A stretch of DNA of 64,000 nucleotides from Candidatus Latescibacterota bacterium (GCA_963667175.2 CAXXXF010000014.1:256001-320000), one strand, 5' to 3'; numbered from the stretch's first letter, positions 29,052 to 40,501 are shown. Notes: generated by a model from the letters alone, not told the origin. Numbers and translations: made by a program.

Positions 29052-29262
29052 CAGTGGTCAGTGGTCAGTGGTCAGTTAAAGGCGGTGAGAGGGTAGACGT
29101 TAGACGTGAGATGATATGATTGCGCCGTGCGGTTTCATTGCTTGCCAAAGGCATATAGGAACATCCAGTCAGGCAATGACGTCTTCTACCGTCTCCCGTC
29201 TCACCGATTTCAGGCGCCCTCACCTCCCGGCCACGTAAAGGCAGTGGTCAATGGTCAGTGAG
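29052..29262. repeat. Heptamer tandem/inverted repeats (CAGTGGT; GTGAGA..AGACGT / ACGTCT..TCTCAC)
   Basis: Three CAGTGGT-type units from 29052; inverted pair ~29082-29110 and ~29179-29206; further units at 29242-29258. Confidence 0.55.
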
Positions 29263-29483
29263 AGCAGCCGTCACCTTCCATTTGTACCCTGGAGCGGCAA
29301 ATAGGCGACGTCCAGGCCCCACCAAAGGAGAGTATGAGGATCTAAAGTACAGGATGTTCCCCGTAATGTATCCACTGTTCCGTACCGCAAAATTGGGCCC
29401 GGCCGTACGTCCGGACCCAACTGGTCATGATCGCAGTGAAACGAGCGTAAATCCCGGTATACGCCCACGCGACAGGCGCCCCT

Positions 29484-31952
29484 TCATTCCTCCGAAACAC
29501 GATCCATCACTTCCCGGTCGGCGTTGGCGGCAACCGCATTGGCATCCACAAATTGGAGCCCGTCACCCTTCTTGCTGATGCGCACCTCGCTCCCGGCGGT
29601 GAACTTGCCCTGCAGTATTTCTTCCGCCATGGGATCTTCCACCAGCTTCTGAATGGTGCGCTTCAGCTGACGCGCGCCGTAAGTCGGGTCGTACCCCTTT
29701 TCCGCCAGCAGCGCCTTGGCCCCCGGCGTGAGGCTGATCGCGATCTCCCGCTCCTTGAGGCGATCGAATATCTCCGCAATTTCGAGGTCGACGATCTGGA
29801 TGATCTCTTTCCGTTCGAGGGGATTGAAGACGACCATTTCGTCGAGCCGGTTCAAAAACTCGGGATTGAACGTTTTTTTGAGTTCCTCCTCGACGCGCTC
29901 CACCATCTTTTCACGGATGCTCTTCTTGTCGGACCGTTTGAATCCGAGCCCTCCGGCATTGGCCAGGTCGCGCGTGCCGAGATTGGACGTCATGATCAGG
30001 ATTGTATTCCTGAAATTGACCTTCCGGCCGAAGCTGTCGGTCAGACGCCCCTCGTCCAGGACCTGCAGGAGCAGGTTGAACACGTCAGGATGGGCTTTTT
30101 CAATCTCGTCGAGCAAAACCACCGAATAGGGCTTTCTGCGCACCTTTTCGGTCAGCTGACCGCCCTCGTCGTATCCAACGTATCCCGGCGGCGCCCCGAT
30201 CAGCCGGGAAACCGCGAACTTCTCCATATACTCCGACATATCCACCGTGATGAGCGCTTCCTCGTCGTCGAACAGGTACCTGGCGAGCGCCTGCGCCAGA
30301 TAGGTCTTGCCCACGCCCGTAGGCCCCAGGAAAAGAAACGTGCCGATGGGTCGATTCGGGTCTTTCAGCCCCGCCCGCGTCCGGCGGATGGAGCGGCAGA
30401 CCGTATCGACCGCCTCGTCCTGGCCGACCACCCGGCTCTTCACCTTCTCTCCCATGCGGAGCAGCTTCTCCGATTCCTCCTGCGCCAGCCGGAACGCGGG
30501 AATGCCCGTCATGCTGGAAATCACTTCCGCGATATCCTGCTCGGTCACCTCCACCACTTCGTCGCGGACCTTCTGCTCCCACTCCTGGCGCATCTCGTCG
30601 ACCTGTTCCTTCAGCTTCCGCTCCTGGTCTCTGAGCTTGGCCGCCTCTTCGAACTGCTGGCTGTTCGCAGCCGCGTTCTTCTGCCGCGTAATGTCCTCGA
30701 TTTCGAGTTCGAGCGTCTTGATTTCTTCAGGCGGGTTCAACCGGCCGAGTCGTACGCGGGATCCGGTTTCGTCGATCACGTCGATCGCCTTGTCAGGCAG
30801 ATGCCGGTCGCTGATATAACGGTCGGCCATGCGAACGGCGCTCTCAACCGCGTCCTCGGTATAGGTGACCAGATGGTGGGCCTCGAATTTCTCTTTCAGA
30901 CCCTTGAGGATGTCTATGGCGTCGTCCACCGACGGCGAATCGACCAGAATGGTCTGAAAACGGCGTTCCAGCGCGCCGTCCTTCTCGATGTACTTGCGGT
31001 ATTCGTCCAGCGTGGTGGCGCCGATGCACTGGAGTTCGCCCCTCGAAAACGCCGGCTTGAACATGTTGGAGGCGTCCAGCGTTCCCTCGGCACTCCCGGC
31101 GCCAACGATCGTATGCAACTCGTCGATGAAAATTACGACGTCCTTGTTCTGCTGGAGCTCGTTCATGACCGCCTTGATGCGCTCTTCGAACTGACCGCGG
31201 TACTTGGTTCCCGCGACCATGCCGCCCATATCCAGCGTAACGATGCGTTTGTCCGCCAACAACTGCGGCACGCGGCGTTCCACGATGCGCTGGGCGAGAC
31301 CTTCGACGATCGCCGTTTTCCCCACCCCCGGTTCTCCGATGAGCACCGGGTTGTTCTTCTTGCGCCGGCTGAGCACCTGAGACACCCGTTCAATCTCCCG
31401 CTCCCTGCCGATGACCGGATCCAGCTTGCCCTCGCGCGCCAGTTCGGTCAGATCGCGACCGAAGTGGTCCAGATACGGGGTCTTGCTCTTCTTCTTTTCG
31501 CGTTTACCCGTCGGCTTCCCCTGCAAAACAGCAATCACCTCCTCCTTCACGGTCTTGTAGTCGACGCCAAATCCCACCAGAATCTGCGCGGCAATCGTCT
31601 CTTTGTCCTTCACGAGCGCCACCAGCAGATGACAGGTTCGAACGTCCCGGCTCTTCATCTCTTTGGCTTCGGAGGCCGCGATTTCGAGTATCTGCTTTGC
31701 CCTCGGCGTGAAGGGCACGTCGCCCATGGTCATCGACCCGCCGGAATACGCGACATAGTCGTCGATCGACTGTTTGATCTTGTCCAGGTTCAATCCCAGA
31801 TTCAACATCACGTTAACGGCCGAGCCCTTTCCCTCCCGGATGATGCCAAGCAACAGGTGCTCGCTGCTGATGTGATTATTGCCCAGCCGGGCCGCCTCTT
31901 CGCGGACCAGTCGCATCACTCGCTTCACCCGATCCGAAAATCTGCTGTTCAT
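29484..31952 (-). CDS. clpC: ATP-dependent Clp protease ATP-binding subunit ClpC
   Basis: Clp_N repeats, [11 protein letters not shown]-like segment ([13 protein letters not shown]), GPTGVGKT and YGARQLKR. Confidence 0.95.
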   Translation of the reverse strand: MNSRFSDRVKRVMRLVREEAARLGNNHISSEHLLLGIIREGKGSAVNVMLNLGLNLDKIKQSIDDYVAYSGGSMTMGDVPFTPRAKQILEIAASEAKEMKSRDVRTCHLLVALVKDKETIAAQILVGFGVDYKTVKEEVIAVLQGKPTGKREKKKSKTPYLDHFGRDLTELAREGKLDPVIGREREIERVSQVLSRRKKNNPVLIGEPGVGKTAIVEGLAQRIVERRVPQLLADKRIVTLDMGGMVAGTKYRGQFEERIKAVMNELQQNKDVVIFIDELHTIVGAGSAEGTLDASNMFKPAFSRGELQCIGATTLDEYRKYIEKDGALERRFQTILVDSPSVDDAIDILKGLKEKFEAHHLVTYTEDAVESAVRMADRYISDRHLPDKAIDVIDETGSRVRLGRLNPPEEIKTLELEIEDITRQKNAAANSQQFEEAAKLRDQERKLKEQVDEMRQEWEQKVRDEVVEVTEQDIAEVISSMTGIPAFRLAQEESEKLLRMGEKVKSRVVGQDEAVDTVCRSIRRTRAGLKDPNRPIGTFLFLGPTGVGKTYLAQALARYLFDDEEALITVDMSEYMEKFAVSRLIGAPPGYVGYDEGGQLTEKVRRKPYSVVLLDEIEKAHPDVFNLLLQVLDEGRLTDSFGRKVNFRNTILIMTSNLGTRDLANAGGLGFKRSDKKSIREKMVERVEEELKKTFNPEFLNRLDEMVVFNPLERKEIIQIVDLEIAEIFDRLKEREIAISLTPGAKALLAEKGYDPTYGARQLKRTIQKLVEDPMAEEILQGKFTAGSEVRISKKGDGLQFVDANAVAANADREVMDRVSEE

Positions 31953-32032
31953 GGGATATGTCTCCTCCGAACCCTCATCTATGGCCGCAGGGCCGCGTCT
32001 CGACTGTCTGCTTCCGTGCGCGAGACCCGGCT

Positions 32033-32722
32033 TCAGCCCCCGCGTCCTTCATCGACGATTCTGCCGTCTTCCATCCGAATGATCCGATCGGCCCTCGCGG
32101 CCAGCGTCCGATCGTGCGTGGCGATGACGAAGGTCTGTTTCAGGCTGCCGGCCAGCCGCCAGATCAGATCGTGCAGTTCCCGGCTGTGTTCCGCGTCGAG
32201 GTTGCCCGAAGGCTCGTCCGCCAGCACCAGCCTGGGCCGCCCGACCAGCGCCCTGGCCACGGCCACGCGCTGGGATTCTCCGCCGGACAGTTCCGAGGGC
32301 AGATGATCGCGGCGCTCGAAGAGCCCCACGGCATTCAGCAGTTCCCCCGCCGCGGCCCGCGCTTTGGAAGCGGGCCGCCCCTGGATCATCAGGGGCAGCA
32401 TCACGTTTTCTTCCGCGGTAAAATCGTTCAGCAGATGGTGAAACTGAAAAACAAAACCGACCGACTCGTTTCGGAACCGCGCCCGTTCCGTATCCGACAA
32501 CGCAAAGACGTCGTTGCCATCGACGTGAACCGTTCCGCCGGTGGGGCGGTCCAGTCCGCCCAATACGTGGAGCAACGTACTCTTACCGACGCCGGAAGGG
32601 CCAATCACGGCAACCACTTCGCCCTGCGCGACGGAAAGCGCGACGCCCCTGAGCACCTGTATTTCCGAACGGCCGACCCGGTATCGTTTTACCAGATCCG
32701 CAGCCTCCAGCAGGCTACGCAT
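32033..32722 (-). CDS. lolD: LolD-like ABC transporter ATP-binding protein
   Basis: GPSGVGKST, GFVFQFHHLL, LSGGESQRVAVAR and DEPSGNLD. Confidence 0.8.
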   Translation of the reverse strand: MRSLLEAADLVKRYRVGRSEIQVLRGVALSVAQGEVVAVIGPSGVGKSTLLHVLGGLDRPTGGTVHVDGNDVFALSDTERARFRNESVGFVFQFHHLLNDFTAEENVMLPLMIQGRPASKARAAAGELLNAVGLFERRDHLPSELSGGESQRVAVARALVGRPRLVLADEPSGNLDAEHSRELHDLIWRLAGSLKQTFVIATHDRTLAARADRIIRMEDGRIVDEGRGG

Positions 32723-34259
32723 CGCCGTCTGTCTCCGGACGGCCCTCCTCGGGACGCATGTGAGGGAAGAGGATGACGTCCCGGATGGAACGCGCGTCGG
32801 TGAGGAGCATCACGAGCCGATCCACGCCAAAACCCATCCCGCCCGTAGGCGGCATGCCATATTCCATTGCCCTCAGGAAATCGGCGTCGAGAACCTGCGC
32901 CTCCTCGTCCCCGCTCTCCCGCAACGAGGCCTGGTGTTCGAAACGCCTGCGCTGGTCGATCGGATCGTTGAGTTCGGAGAACGCGTTGGCAGCCTCCCAA
33001 CCGCAGATAAACGGCTCGAACCGTTCCGTGAGTTCCGGGTTTTCCCGGTGCCGCTTGGCCAGCGGCGACATTTCCACGGGATAGTCCGTAATAAACGTGG
33101 GTTGAATCAGGTGCGGCTGTACGACCGCGTCGAAAATCTCATCCATCAGATGGCCGCGCTGCGCAGCGTCGTCAACCTCAAGTTCGAAGCTCCGGCAGAC
33201 CTCCCTCAACGCTTCAACAGAAGCGTCGGCCACGTCGACGTTGCCGTACTCCGCAATGGCATCCAGAAGGGTCAACCGCCGCCACGGAGGGCTGAGGTCG
33301 ATCTCCGTTCCCTGATAGACAACCGTGCTCGCCCCGGTAACCGACCTGGCGACCGAATCAAACAACGACTCGGTCAGCGACATCATGTCGTTGTAGTCGG
33401 CGTACGCCTGGTAGGCCTCCAGCATGGTGAATTCGGGATTGTGCGTACGATCGATGCCCTCGTTGCGGAAATCCCGGCTGAATTCGTAGACCTTTTCAAA
33501 TCCGCCGACAATCAGGCGCTTCAGATAGAGCTCGTTCGAGATCCGCAGATAGAGCTTCATATCCAGCGCGTTGTGATGGGTTGTAAACGGCCGCGCAGAG
33601 GCGCCGCCGTACAGCGGCTGCAGAACCGGCGTGTCGGCCTCCAGGAAACCCCGCGCGTCAAAAAAATCGCGAATGGCCGAAAAGGTCGCCGTCCGCTTCC
33701 GAAACACGTCCTTCACTTCCGGATTCAGCGTCAGGTCCAGGTAACGGCGGCGGTACCGCAGTTCCGGGTCGCCGAAGGCATCGTGGACAACCTTCTCGCC
33801 GTCTTTCACCTCTTCCTTGGGCACAGGCAGCGGCCGCACGGCCTTGGAAAGCATTTCGAAGGCCTGCGCCTTCACCGTCATCTCGCCCGTACGGGTCCGG
33901 AATACCGGCCCCTCGACGCCGACGAAATCTCCAATATCGAGCAATTTCCAAAGATCGAACGCCTCTTCGCCCACCGCGTCCCGTCTTACGTAGATCTGAA
34001 TCCGACCCGATTCGTCCTGGAGATCGGCAAAGGCCGACCTTCCATGGTCCCGTCTGGCCATGAGCCGCCCCGCCACCGACACATTCCGCCCGTCCTCTTC
34101 GAGCGTCCGAAACGCCTCCCTTATTTCCCCGGAGCGATGGGTCACTTCAAACCGATACGGATAGGGCTCCACGCCCATTTCCCGTATCGACGCCAGCTTC
34201 TGCAGACGCAGGGCAACCAGTTGCGTCTCCGGGGCGGAAGACGCCCCTTCCTGAGCCAA
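32715..34259 (-). CDS. lysS: Lysine--tRNA ligase (class II)
   Basis: RYRRRYLDL, YGGASARPFTTHHN, YLRISNELYLKRL, FRNEGIDRTHNPEFT and YGMPPTGGMGFGVDR; TTG start after GGAGG is inferred. Confidence 0.96.
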   Translation of the reverse strand: MAQEGASSAPETQLVALRLQKLASIREMGVEPYPYRFEVTHRSGEIREAFRTLEEDGRNVSVAGRLMARRDHGRSAFADLQDESGRIQIYVRRDAVGEEAFDLWKLLDIGDFVGVEGPVFRTRTGEMTVKAQAFEMLSKAVRPLPVPKEEVKDGEKVVHDAFGDPELRYRRRYLDLTLNPEVKDVFRKRTATFSAIRDFFDARGFLEADTPVLQPLYGGASARPFTTHHNALDMKLYLRISNELYLKRLIVGGFEKVYEFSRDFRNEGIDRTHNPEFTMLEAYQAYADYNDMMSLTESLFDSVARSVTGASTVVYQGTEIDLSPPWRRLTLLDAIAEYGNVDVADASVEALREVCRSFELEVDDAAQRGHLMDEIFDAVVQPHLIQPTFITDYPVEMSPLAKRHRENPELTERFEPFICGWEAANAFSELNDPIDQRRRFEHQASLRESGDEEAQVLDADFLRAMEYGMPPTGGMGFGVDRLVMLLTDARSIRDVILFPHMRPEEGRPETDGDA

Positions 34260-34381
34260 ACGGATCCCTCCCGAAATAAACAAAAATAACCGGTTGATGA
34301 TTTTACACCAACGCCCGGATTAACCGGTCGAAAATAACATAATCAATACATACGGGCAAGTCAAGCCCTTTGCCCCACAGA

Positions 34382-35498
34382 TTACGCCTCTCCCTTCTGT
34401 TCCAGAAACGCCCGCATGAAGCCGTCCAGATCCCCGTCCATGACGTCCTGAACACCTGACGTCTCGAATCCGGTCCGGAGGTCTTTGACGAGCTGATAGG
34501 GGTGGAGCACGTAGTTGCGGACCTGGCTTCCGAACTCGATCTTCTTCTTGTCCTTCTCGATCTCCGCGCGGGCCTTCTCTTCCTCCTCCCTGTAGTGCTG
34601 GTACAGCCTGGCTTTGAGGATTTTCATGGCGGAGTTCCGGTTCTTGTGCTGCGAACGTTCGTTCTGACACTGAACCACGATACCCGTGGGATGGTGCGTG
34701 ATCCGTACGGCCGAGTCGGTCTTGTTCACGTGCTGCCCGCCAGCCCCGCTGGATCGATAGGTATCCACACGGATATCCTCCGGCTGGATCTCCACCTCGA
34801 TATCGCCCTCCGCCTCGGGATACACGGAAACAGACGCGAAGGACGTATGTCGCCTGCGGCCGGAATCGAACGGCGAAAGCCGAACCAGCCGGTGTACCCC
34901 CATTTCAGATTTGAGGTATCCGTACGCGTATTCTCCCTTCATTTCGATGACCACGCTCTTGACGCCGGCCGTCTCCCCCGGAAGAAGGTCCAGCACGTCC
35001 GCCCGGAAACCGCGGCGTTCGGCCCAACGGCTGTACATCCTCATCAGCATCTGCGCCCAGTCGGCCGATTCCGTGCCGCCCGCCCCGGGATGGATTGCCA
35101 GGATGGCATCCAGACGATCCTCCTTATCGCCCATCATATGCCGGAATTCAAGCACTTCAAGCTCCGCCGCCAGCGCCCCGTGTTCCCGGTGAAGGTCCCG
35201 CAGCGTCTCGTCGTCCTTCTCTTCGCGGACAAGATCGTATAACTCCTCCAGTTCCGTGAGCCGCTCATCCAGCCCACGCCATCCGGTTGCCCAATCTTTG
35301 TGGCCATTCACTTCATCGATGATCTGCCTGGCGCGTTCCCGATCGTCCCAGAATCCCGGACGCTCCATCGACCTTTCGAGTTCGGCGATCCGGGCTTCCC
35401 GGGATACCAGGTCAAAGAAACCTCCGGAGATTTTCCAGCCGGTCGCGGCTTTCGGCCAACCCGGATTTCAAATCGGTAAACTGCAGATCGACTGCCAT
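34382..35498 (-). CDS. prfB: Peptide chain release factor 2 with programmed +1 frameshift
   Basis: Frame 0 reads [28 protein letters not shown]; the +1 frame continues [22 protein letters not shown]; SPF and GGQ motifs present. Confidence 0.96.
35411..35425 (-). promoter_or_regulatory. prfB autoregulatory frameshift site
   Basis: GGAGG TTT CTT TGA C: internal Shine-Dalgarno plus the CTTTGAC shift site. Confidence 0.92.
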
Positions 35499-35543
35499 AT
35501 CCGACAACTCCTTTCAGTGACAGAACAGAGCCCGACCTCTGTC

Positions 35544-36203
35544 TTACCTGAGGTCAATCACTTCGACACCGTCGGGCGGCACGAATGTGAACAGATCCGG
35601 TTTCAACTTCCCGTCCACTTTCAAACGGCTGATTTCGTACGTGGTCACATCGTCGTTCAGATTCAGGTACTCCGCCCGGCGGACGAGCCAGAGCTTTCTG
35701 TCTACCCACAGGCGGATACGGGAGATATAACTCTCTTCCTCCCTGGCCGTCAATTCCACGCGGTAACAGCGCTTGCCGTCAACGCGCTCTTCTCCCGCAA
35801 GCCGCGGGTCGTAGCGCGCCTCGTACCCTCCCAGCAGAACGAGATCGAAGAGCAGCTTCTCGTAACTCCTGTCGCCGGTTGCCCGATCGTAGCTGCTCAG
35901 CAGTACCTGTTCGTTCTCCGGCGTGTAGTTCCAGGCGCGTTCGCCATCGGACACCACCGTCTGCACCCGTGTCTCGAAGCGAAACTGATTCGGTTTCCGG
36001 ACGTACATGCGGCCGCCCAGTTCCGTCTTCTGATCGACGAGTTTCCAGTAGTGGCTCTTCCTGAACCTGGCGCTGATGCTCGTAAGCTTTTCATATCGCT
36101 GCTGTTGCCTGCGAATCACCTCTCGGCCGTCGATGCCGCGCACGTCCTCGGGCGCCAGAACCGCGCACGCGAAAAACAGCATTTTGAGCCAGCCGACGAC
36201 CAT
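35544..36203 (-). CDS. lolA: Outer-membrane lipoprotein carrier LolA
   Basis: SISARFRK, YVRKPNQFRFE, VVSDGERAWNYTPENEQV and FTFVPPDGVEVID. Confidence 0.85.
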   Translation of the reverse strand: MVVGWLKMLFFACAVLAPEDVRGIDGREVIRRQQQRYEKLTSISARFRKSHYWKLVDQKTELGGRMYVRKPNQFRFETRVQTVVSDGERAWNYTPENEQVLLSSYDRATGDRSYEKLLFDLVLLGGYEARYDPRLAGEERVDGKRCYRVELTAREEESYISRIRLWVDRKLWLVRRAEYLNLNDDVTTYEISRLKVDGKLKPDLFTFVPPDGVEVIDLR

Positions 36204-36292
36204 GCGCCTACCCTCGCGTAAATTGCCTGCCGGAACCACCTGGCGCGCCGTCGCCCGCCTCGGTCCGCCCTTCGCCGCTCGCCATCCGGCAT

Positions 36293-38644
36293 TCACGCCG
36301 CATCGGGATCGTCCTCGTCGTGCCGGTCCAGGTACTCAATGCCGACCAGCACCTCCCGCCCCTTGCTGCCGCCGTCCGACGGCCCGACGATTCCGGCCTG
36401 CTCCAGCTCATCCACCAGACGCGCGGCACGGGCGTACCCCACCTTCATGCGGCGCTGCAGCAGCGAGGCAGACCCCTGCTGATGCGTAACGACCAGTCGC
36501 AACGCCTCGTCGAACCGCTTGTCGCGGGTCCCCTCGGCAAGCGTCAGTTCGTTTTCGTCCACGCCGAGATCCAGCTGTTCCAGAGCCACGCCCTGTCCGC
36601 TCACCCATTCCACCAGGCGTTCGGTCTCCTCGGTTGTCATGTTCGCGCCGTGAACGCGCACGGGTTCCGGTTTGCCCGCGGGCATGAACAGCATATCGCC
36701 GCGGCCCAGGAGCTTCTCGGCGCCGTTGCAGTCCAGGATGGTGCGAGAATCCACTTTCGATGCCACGCGAAACGCGATGCGCGACGGGAAGTTCGCCTTG
36801 ATCGTTCCGGTGATGACGTTAACGGACGGCCGTTGCGTCGCCAAGATCAGATGGATCCCCACCGCACGGGCCATCTGCGCCAGCCGGGCCAGCGAATCCT
36901 CGATGTCCGCGGGCGCCGTCATCATCAGGTCCGCGAGCTCATCGACCACAACGACGATATAAGGCAACTTCGACGCCACCTCACGACGGTCTTCTTCGGT
37001 ATTCGCCTCCGCCCGCATCTTATCCAGTTTGTTGTTGAAGTCCGTGATGTTCCGGACGTTGTACTGCGCCAGGTTTCGATAGCGGTCCTCCATTTCCGCC
37101 ACCGTCCACCGCAACGCCTCGGACGCCTTTTGTGGTTCCGTGACCACCGGCGCCAGCAGATGTGGAATGCTGTTGTAGATCGACAATTCCAGCATCTTCG
37201 GATCCACCATGATGAAACGGACCTCTTCGGGTCGGCACCGCACGAGTATGCTGGTGATCAGCACGTTGATGCATACCGACTTCCCGCTGCCCGTCGCGCC
37301 GGCGATCAACAGGTGGGGCATGGACGCCAGGCTGGTGCAGACGGATTCTCCGGTGGCGGATTTGCCCAACGCCAGCATCAGCCTGTCGTCGGCGCCATGA
37401 AAGGCATCGGATTCCAGAATCTCCCGCAGGAAGACGGTTGACGGATTTGCATTCGGAACCTCGATTCCCACCGCCGCTTTGCCGGGGATCGGCGCCTGAA
37501 TACGGATGCTTCGCGCCTTCATCACCAGCGCGAGGTCGTCCGAAAGATTGACAATGCGGTTCACCTTCACCCCGCGCGGCGGCTGCACTTCGTATCCGGT
37601 GACGACGGGCCCCGGATTCACCTGAACCACCTTGCCTTCGATACCGAAACTGCTCAGACTGTGTTCGAGGGTCTGCGCCCCTTCCAGCAGAACCGACCGG
37701 TCGGGTCCCTCTTCCGTTTGCGCGGGCTCGTTCAGCAGTTCCGGGTCAGGCAGCCGGTACTCGACGTCTTCGCCTTCCGGCGCCTCCATCTTCCGCTTCG
37801 GTGCGGACGCGGCAGCTATTTCGACGGGGTCTGCAACGATTTCGGGATCGAGTGACGGCGCCGGTTCCTCATCCGGTTCATCCACGTTGTCGTAAGCGGG
37901 AAACGGCTCGGAGAGCGTGTCTTCGGGCACGACGACGGGTTCCGGCCCGGCCTCGTTCCAGGGCTCGTCCTCCTGCGGCGGCAGGACGGGTTGCGTCCGC
38001 TCCGATTCCCGGCCTTCCTCGCTTTGTGCCGGTTCCGGGACCAGGGATGCGGCCTCGCCGTTCGTTCCGGTCCGGTTTTTCTTCGCACGTGCCGCCCACA
38101 GGTCCGGAATCCGGGAAAAGCGAAGGCCGGTCAGGAGCATGAAGAACACCAGAAACAGGGCGCTCAATAGAATATACGCCCCGACAAGGCCAAGATAGGG
38201 AACCAGAATTCTGGACGCCAGGGTCACGCCCAACCACCCGCCCATCAGGAACGAAAGGTGGGATTCCCCTCGCGAAGGCACGCCCGTCGCGCCGCAATAT
38301 ATCACCACCAGGGCCAGCAACAAGAGGCTGCGGGAGACAAGAGGCAGGGCGGGATGGTCTCTGAAACGGTTCCAACCCCACATCAGGACGATGACGACCA
38401 GCACGTAGGCGCAATGACCGACCGCGAACAGAAGATAGAAGGAAACCTGGCTGCCGATCCATCCCGCCATATTCTCCGTCAGTTCCGGCGCACGGCCCGA
38501 ATTCGGGGGATCCTGAGGGGAATGCGTAACCAGGCTTACCGCCATCAGCAACGCGACCGCGAATAGGAGCACCCCGCTGACCTGATTGACCAGATCCGGC
38601 TTATCATCCAATTCTTCGGTGACTTCAAACGGTTCCTTTCTCAT
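36293..38644 (-). CDS. ftsK: DNA translocase FtsK
   Basis: N-terminal TM region, PHLLIAGATGSGKSV, DELADLMM, ATQRPSV and gamma domain SLLQRRMKVGYARAARLVD. Confidence 0.95.
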   Translation of the reverse strand: MRKEPFEVTEELDDKPDLVNQVSGVLLFAVALLMAVSLVTHSPQDPPNSGRAPELTENMAGWIGSQVSFYLLFAVGHCAYVLVVIVLMWGWNRFRDHPALPLVSRSLLLLALVVIYCGATGVPSRGESHLSFLMGGWLGVTLASRILVPYLGLVGAYILLSALFLVFFMLLTGLRFSRIPDLWAARAKKNRTGTNGEAASLVPEPAQSEEGRESERTQPVLPPQEDEPWNEAGPEPVVVPEDTLSEPFPAYDNVDEPDEEPAPSLDPEIVADPVEIAAASAPKRKMEAPEGEDVEYRLPDPELLNEPAQTEEGPDRSVLLEGAQTLEHSLSSFGIEGKVVQVNPGPVVTGYEVQPPRGVKVNRIVNLSDDLALVMKARSIRIQAPIPGKAAVGIEVPNANPSTVFLREILESDAFHGADDRLMLALGKSATGESVCTSLASMPHLLIAGATGSGKSVCINVLITSILVRCRPEEVRFIMVDPKMLELSIYNSIPHLLAPVVTEPQKASEALRWTVAEMEDRYRNLAQYNVRNITDFNNKLDKMRAEANTEEDRREVASKLPYIVVVVDELADLMMTAPADIEDSLARLAQMARAVGIHLILATQRPSVNVITGTIKANFPSRIAFRVASKVDSRTILDCNGAEKLLGRGDMLFMPAGKPEPVRVHGANMTTEETERLVEWVSGQGVALEQLDLGVDENELTLAEGTRDKRFDEALRLVVTHQQGSASLLQRRMKVGYARAARLVDELEQAGIVGPSDGGSKGREVLVGIEYLDRHDEDDPDAA

Positions 38645-38809
38645 ATGAGTTCCACCCTTGTCTTGTCGCGTCCAAGGGGACGAAAGAACGCGTGGGCCGT
38701 TCCTGAACGACACCCGTCCGCGGGATCAGGAGCGCGCGGGGCATTCCGAGTCGGCTTCTGAGACGCCGGCGCAGGGGATTCGCCGGTCCTGCAGGCTATG
38801 ACACAATCG

Positions 38810-40501
38810 CTAGAGTCCTCTCGCAAACACAACGGGAGCTCTGGTCCTAAAGATACGGTCTTCCAGCAAAGTCTCCAAAAATAAGATGTAAATGCCCGGC
38901 TTCAACGGCGCCCCGTCGTCACCCGTCCCGTCCCACGTCACACTTCGCCGGCTTCCGCCTTCGGCGGCATTCAGGAGCGATTTGACCGGGTGGCCGGACC
39001 TGTCGTAAACCCAGAGATTCACATCCGCGCGCGGGGCTGGAAGAAGGTAGCGTATTTCCACCCGATCGTAAAAGGGATTGGGTTCGGCAAGGAGCTGGAC
39101 GGCGTTGATGCCGCTTCCCTGCGCAACGCTGTTTTCACGGCCCGGCGTCGCGCCGTCACGGTGGGTGCTCGCCAACCAGTTCTGAGGGTCATCGCCGGAT
39201 CCCGACGCCGAAATCCGTTCGAGCGACAGTCCATCGAACGGCGCCTCGCCGTACGACATCCGATCCACAACCCCGCCGGTTGCATCCCGAACGACCACGG
39301 CGTCCCCGCTGTCGTTCAGGCGGGCCCACCGTCCGGGCGCAACAACGCGGACGGTCCGGTCGGGGAACCGGCTGTAGAACCGGTCGACGTCTTCGGCCAC
39401 CACCAGGTACGTATCCGGCGCCAGAAGAAGGGGTTCGCGTCCGAACCTCCCTCCAGAGGACGCCGCGTCGTCTATTCGCCACGCGACCAGGTCCAGCGCC
39501 TTCCCGGAACGGTTGAAAAGTTCCACCCATTCCGGGTCCCCTTCCGCCGGAGAAGCCATGACTTCATTGACAACCACGGCGCCGGGTCCGGCGCCGCCCA
39601 ACACCGTCCAGGTCAGCTGGTTGTTCGATGGTTCCTCATCGGCATCGAACGCGACCCGGGCCACGTATTCGTGCCGTCCGGGCGGTACGATTCCGATCGG
39701 CGTTTCGATCCGGAGAATTTCCGCCGGCCCCAGGCCCGGGAAATCCCGGCGCCAACCGGAGATTCCGTCGACCTCCACGGAGAACACAGACGCCGGTCGA
39801 CGCCCACGGTTTTCCACCGCCAGGACAAAATCGCGGGTCACGCCGGCCGGTACCGGAAACGGCGATTCCGATACCCTCGACAGCGCCAGATCGTAGTCCC
39901 TGGGGCTGACGCTGTTGGCGCGCCCCGGCGTCCCTCCCTCCCACCGTGAATCCGTCCAGTTATCCGGCCCGTCGCCTCCCGCGGGGTCGATTTTCTCTTC
40001 CGAGAACCCCGGTCTGTTTCCCGTGGTGTAGACCATCGCGCCAACGGTGTCGCCGGACGAAGAAACCAGCACGACCCGCTCCGGCGCCGAATTGCTCAGG
40101 CCGGAATTTCCGAGCGTGGCGTCTGAGACCGTGAGGATCAGCGCCGAAGCGGGCAGCGGATCGTAACGGGTCGAGTTCGCGAAATACCCCGCGTCCAGAA
40201 TCAGCCCGAATGCCCCGGGCGGCAGCAGAGACCCGCCGCCCTCGAAGACCAGTTCGTCCGCTTCGTCGCCGTCGCCGGCTTTCCATCCCGCCAGATTCAC
40301 CGGTTCGTCGCCGGTATTCTGAATTTCGATGTATTCGTCGGTAAACTCGCTGCCCGACGGATCGAACATCACCTCGCTGATCACCACGCGACTCTCGGCC
40401 CGTCCCCATGAAATCAGCACCGCAAGGAGCGCGATGCAGCCGAGTGCAAAGGACCCGTTGCAGCGAATCCACGGGGTCCGACGCGTCGCATACCCGATCA
40501 T
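38810..40501 (-). CDS. Secreted protein with two lamin-tail domains and a C-terminal FlgD-Ig-like domain
   Basis: VVISEVMFDP..EYIEIQN and VVVNEVM..EWVELFN; GTPGRANS and ATPGRENS; PNPF..WDGTGDDG..PGIY. Confidence 0.8.
   Translation of the reverse strand: MIGYATRRTPWIRCNGSFALGCIALLAVLISWGRAESRVVISEVMFDPSGSEFTDEYIEIQNTGDEPVNLAGWKAGDGDEADELVFEGGGSLLPPGAFGLILDAGYFANSTRYDPLPASALILTVSDATLGNSGLSNSAPERVVLVSSSGDTVGAMVYTTGNRPGFSEEKIDPAGGDGPDNWTDSRWEGGTPGRANSVSPRDYDLALSRVSESPFPVPAGVTRDFVLAVENRGRRPASVFSVEVDGISGWRRDFPGLGPAEILRIETPIGIVPPGRHEYVARVAFDADEEPSNNQLTWTVLGGAGPGAVVVNEVMASPAEGDPEWVELFNRSGKALDLVAWRIDDAASSGGRFGREPLLLAPDTYLVVAEDVDRFYSRFPDRTVRVVAPGRWARLNDSGDAVVVRDATGGVVDRMSYGEAPFDGLSLERISASGSGDDPQNWLASTHRDGATPGRENSVAQGSGINAVQLLAEPNPFYDRVEIRYLLPAPRADVNLWVYDRSGHPVKSLLNAAEGGSRRSVTWDGTGDDGAPLKPGIYILFLETLLEDRIFRTRAPVVFARGL

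Noticed and set aside
29553-32306. Long antisense ORFs (917 aa here; also 12094-13770, 14310-15944, 32541-34289 and 15961-17463)
   Set aside because: These are opposite-strand or alternate-frame shadows of well-supported genes, expected in GC-rich DNA, and have no motifs of their own.
34382-35498. prfB as a pseudogene
   Set aside because: The in-frame TGA lies in the conserved SD + CTTTGAC programmed frameshift site.
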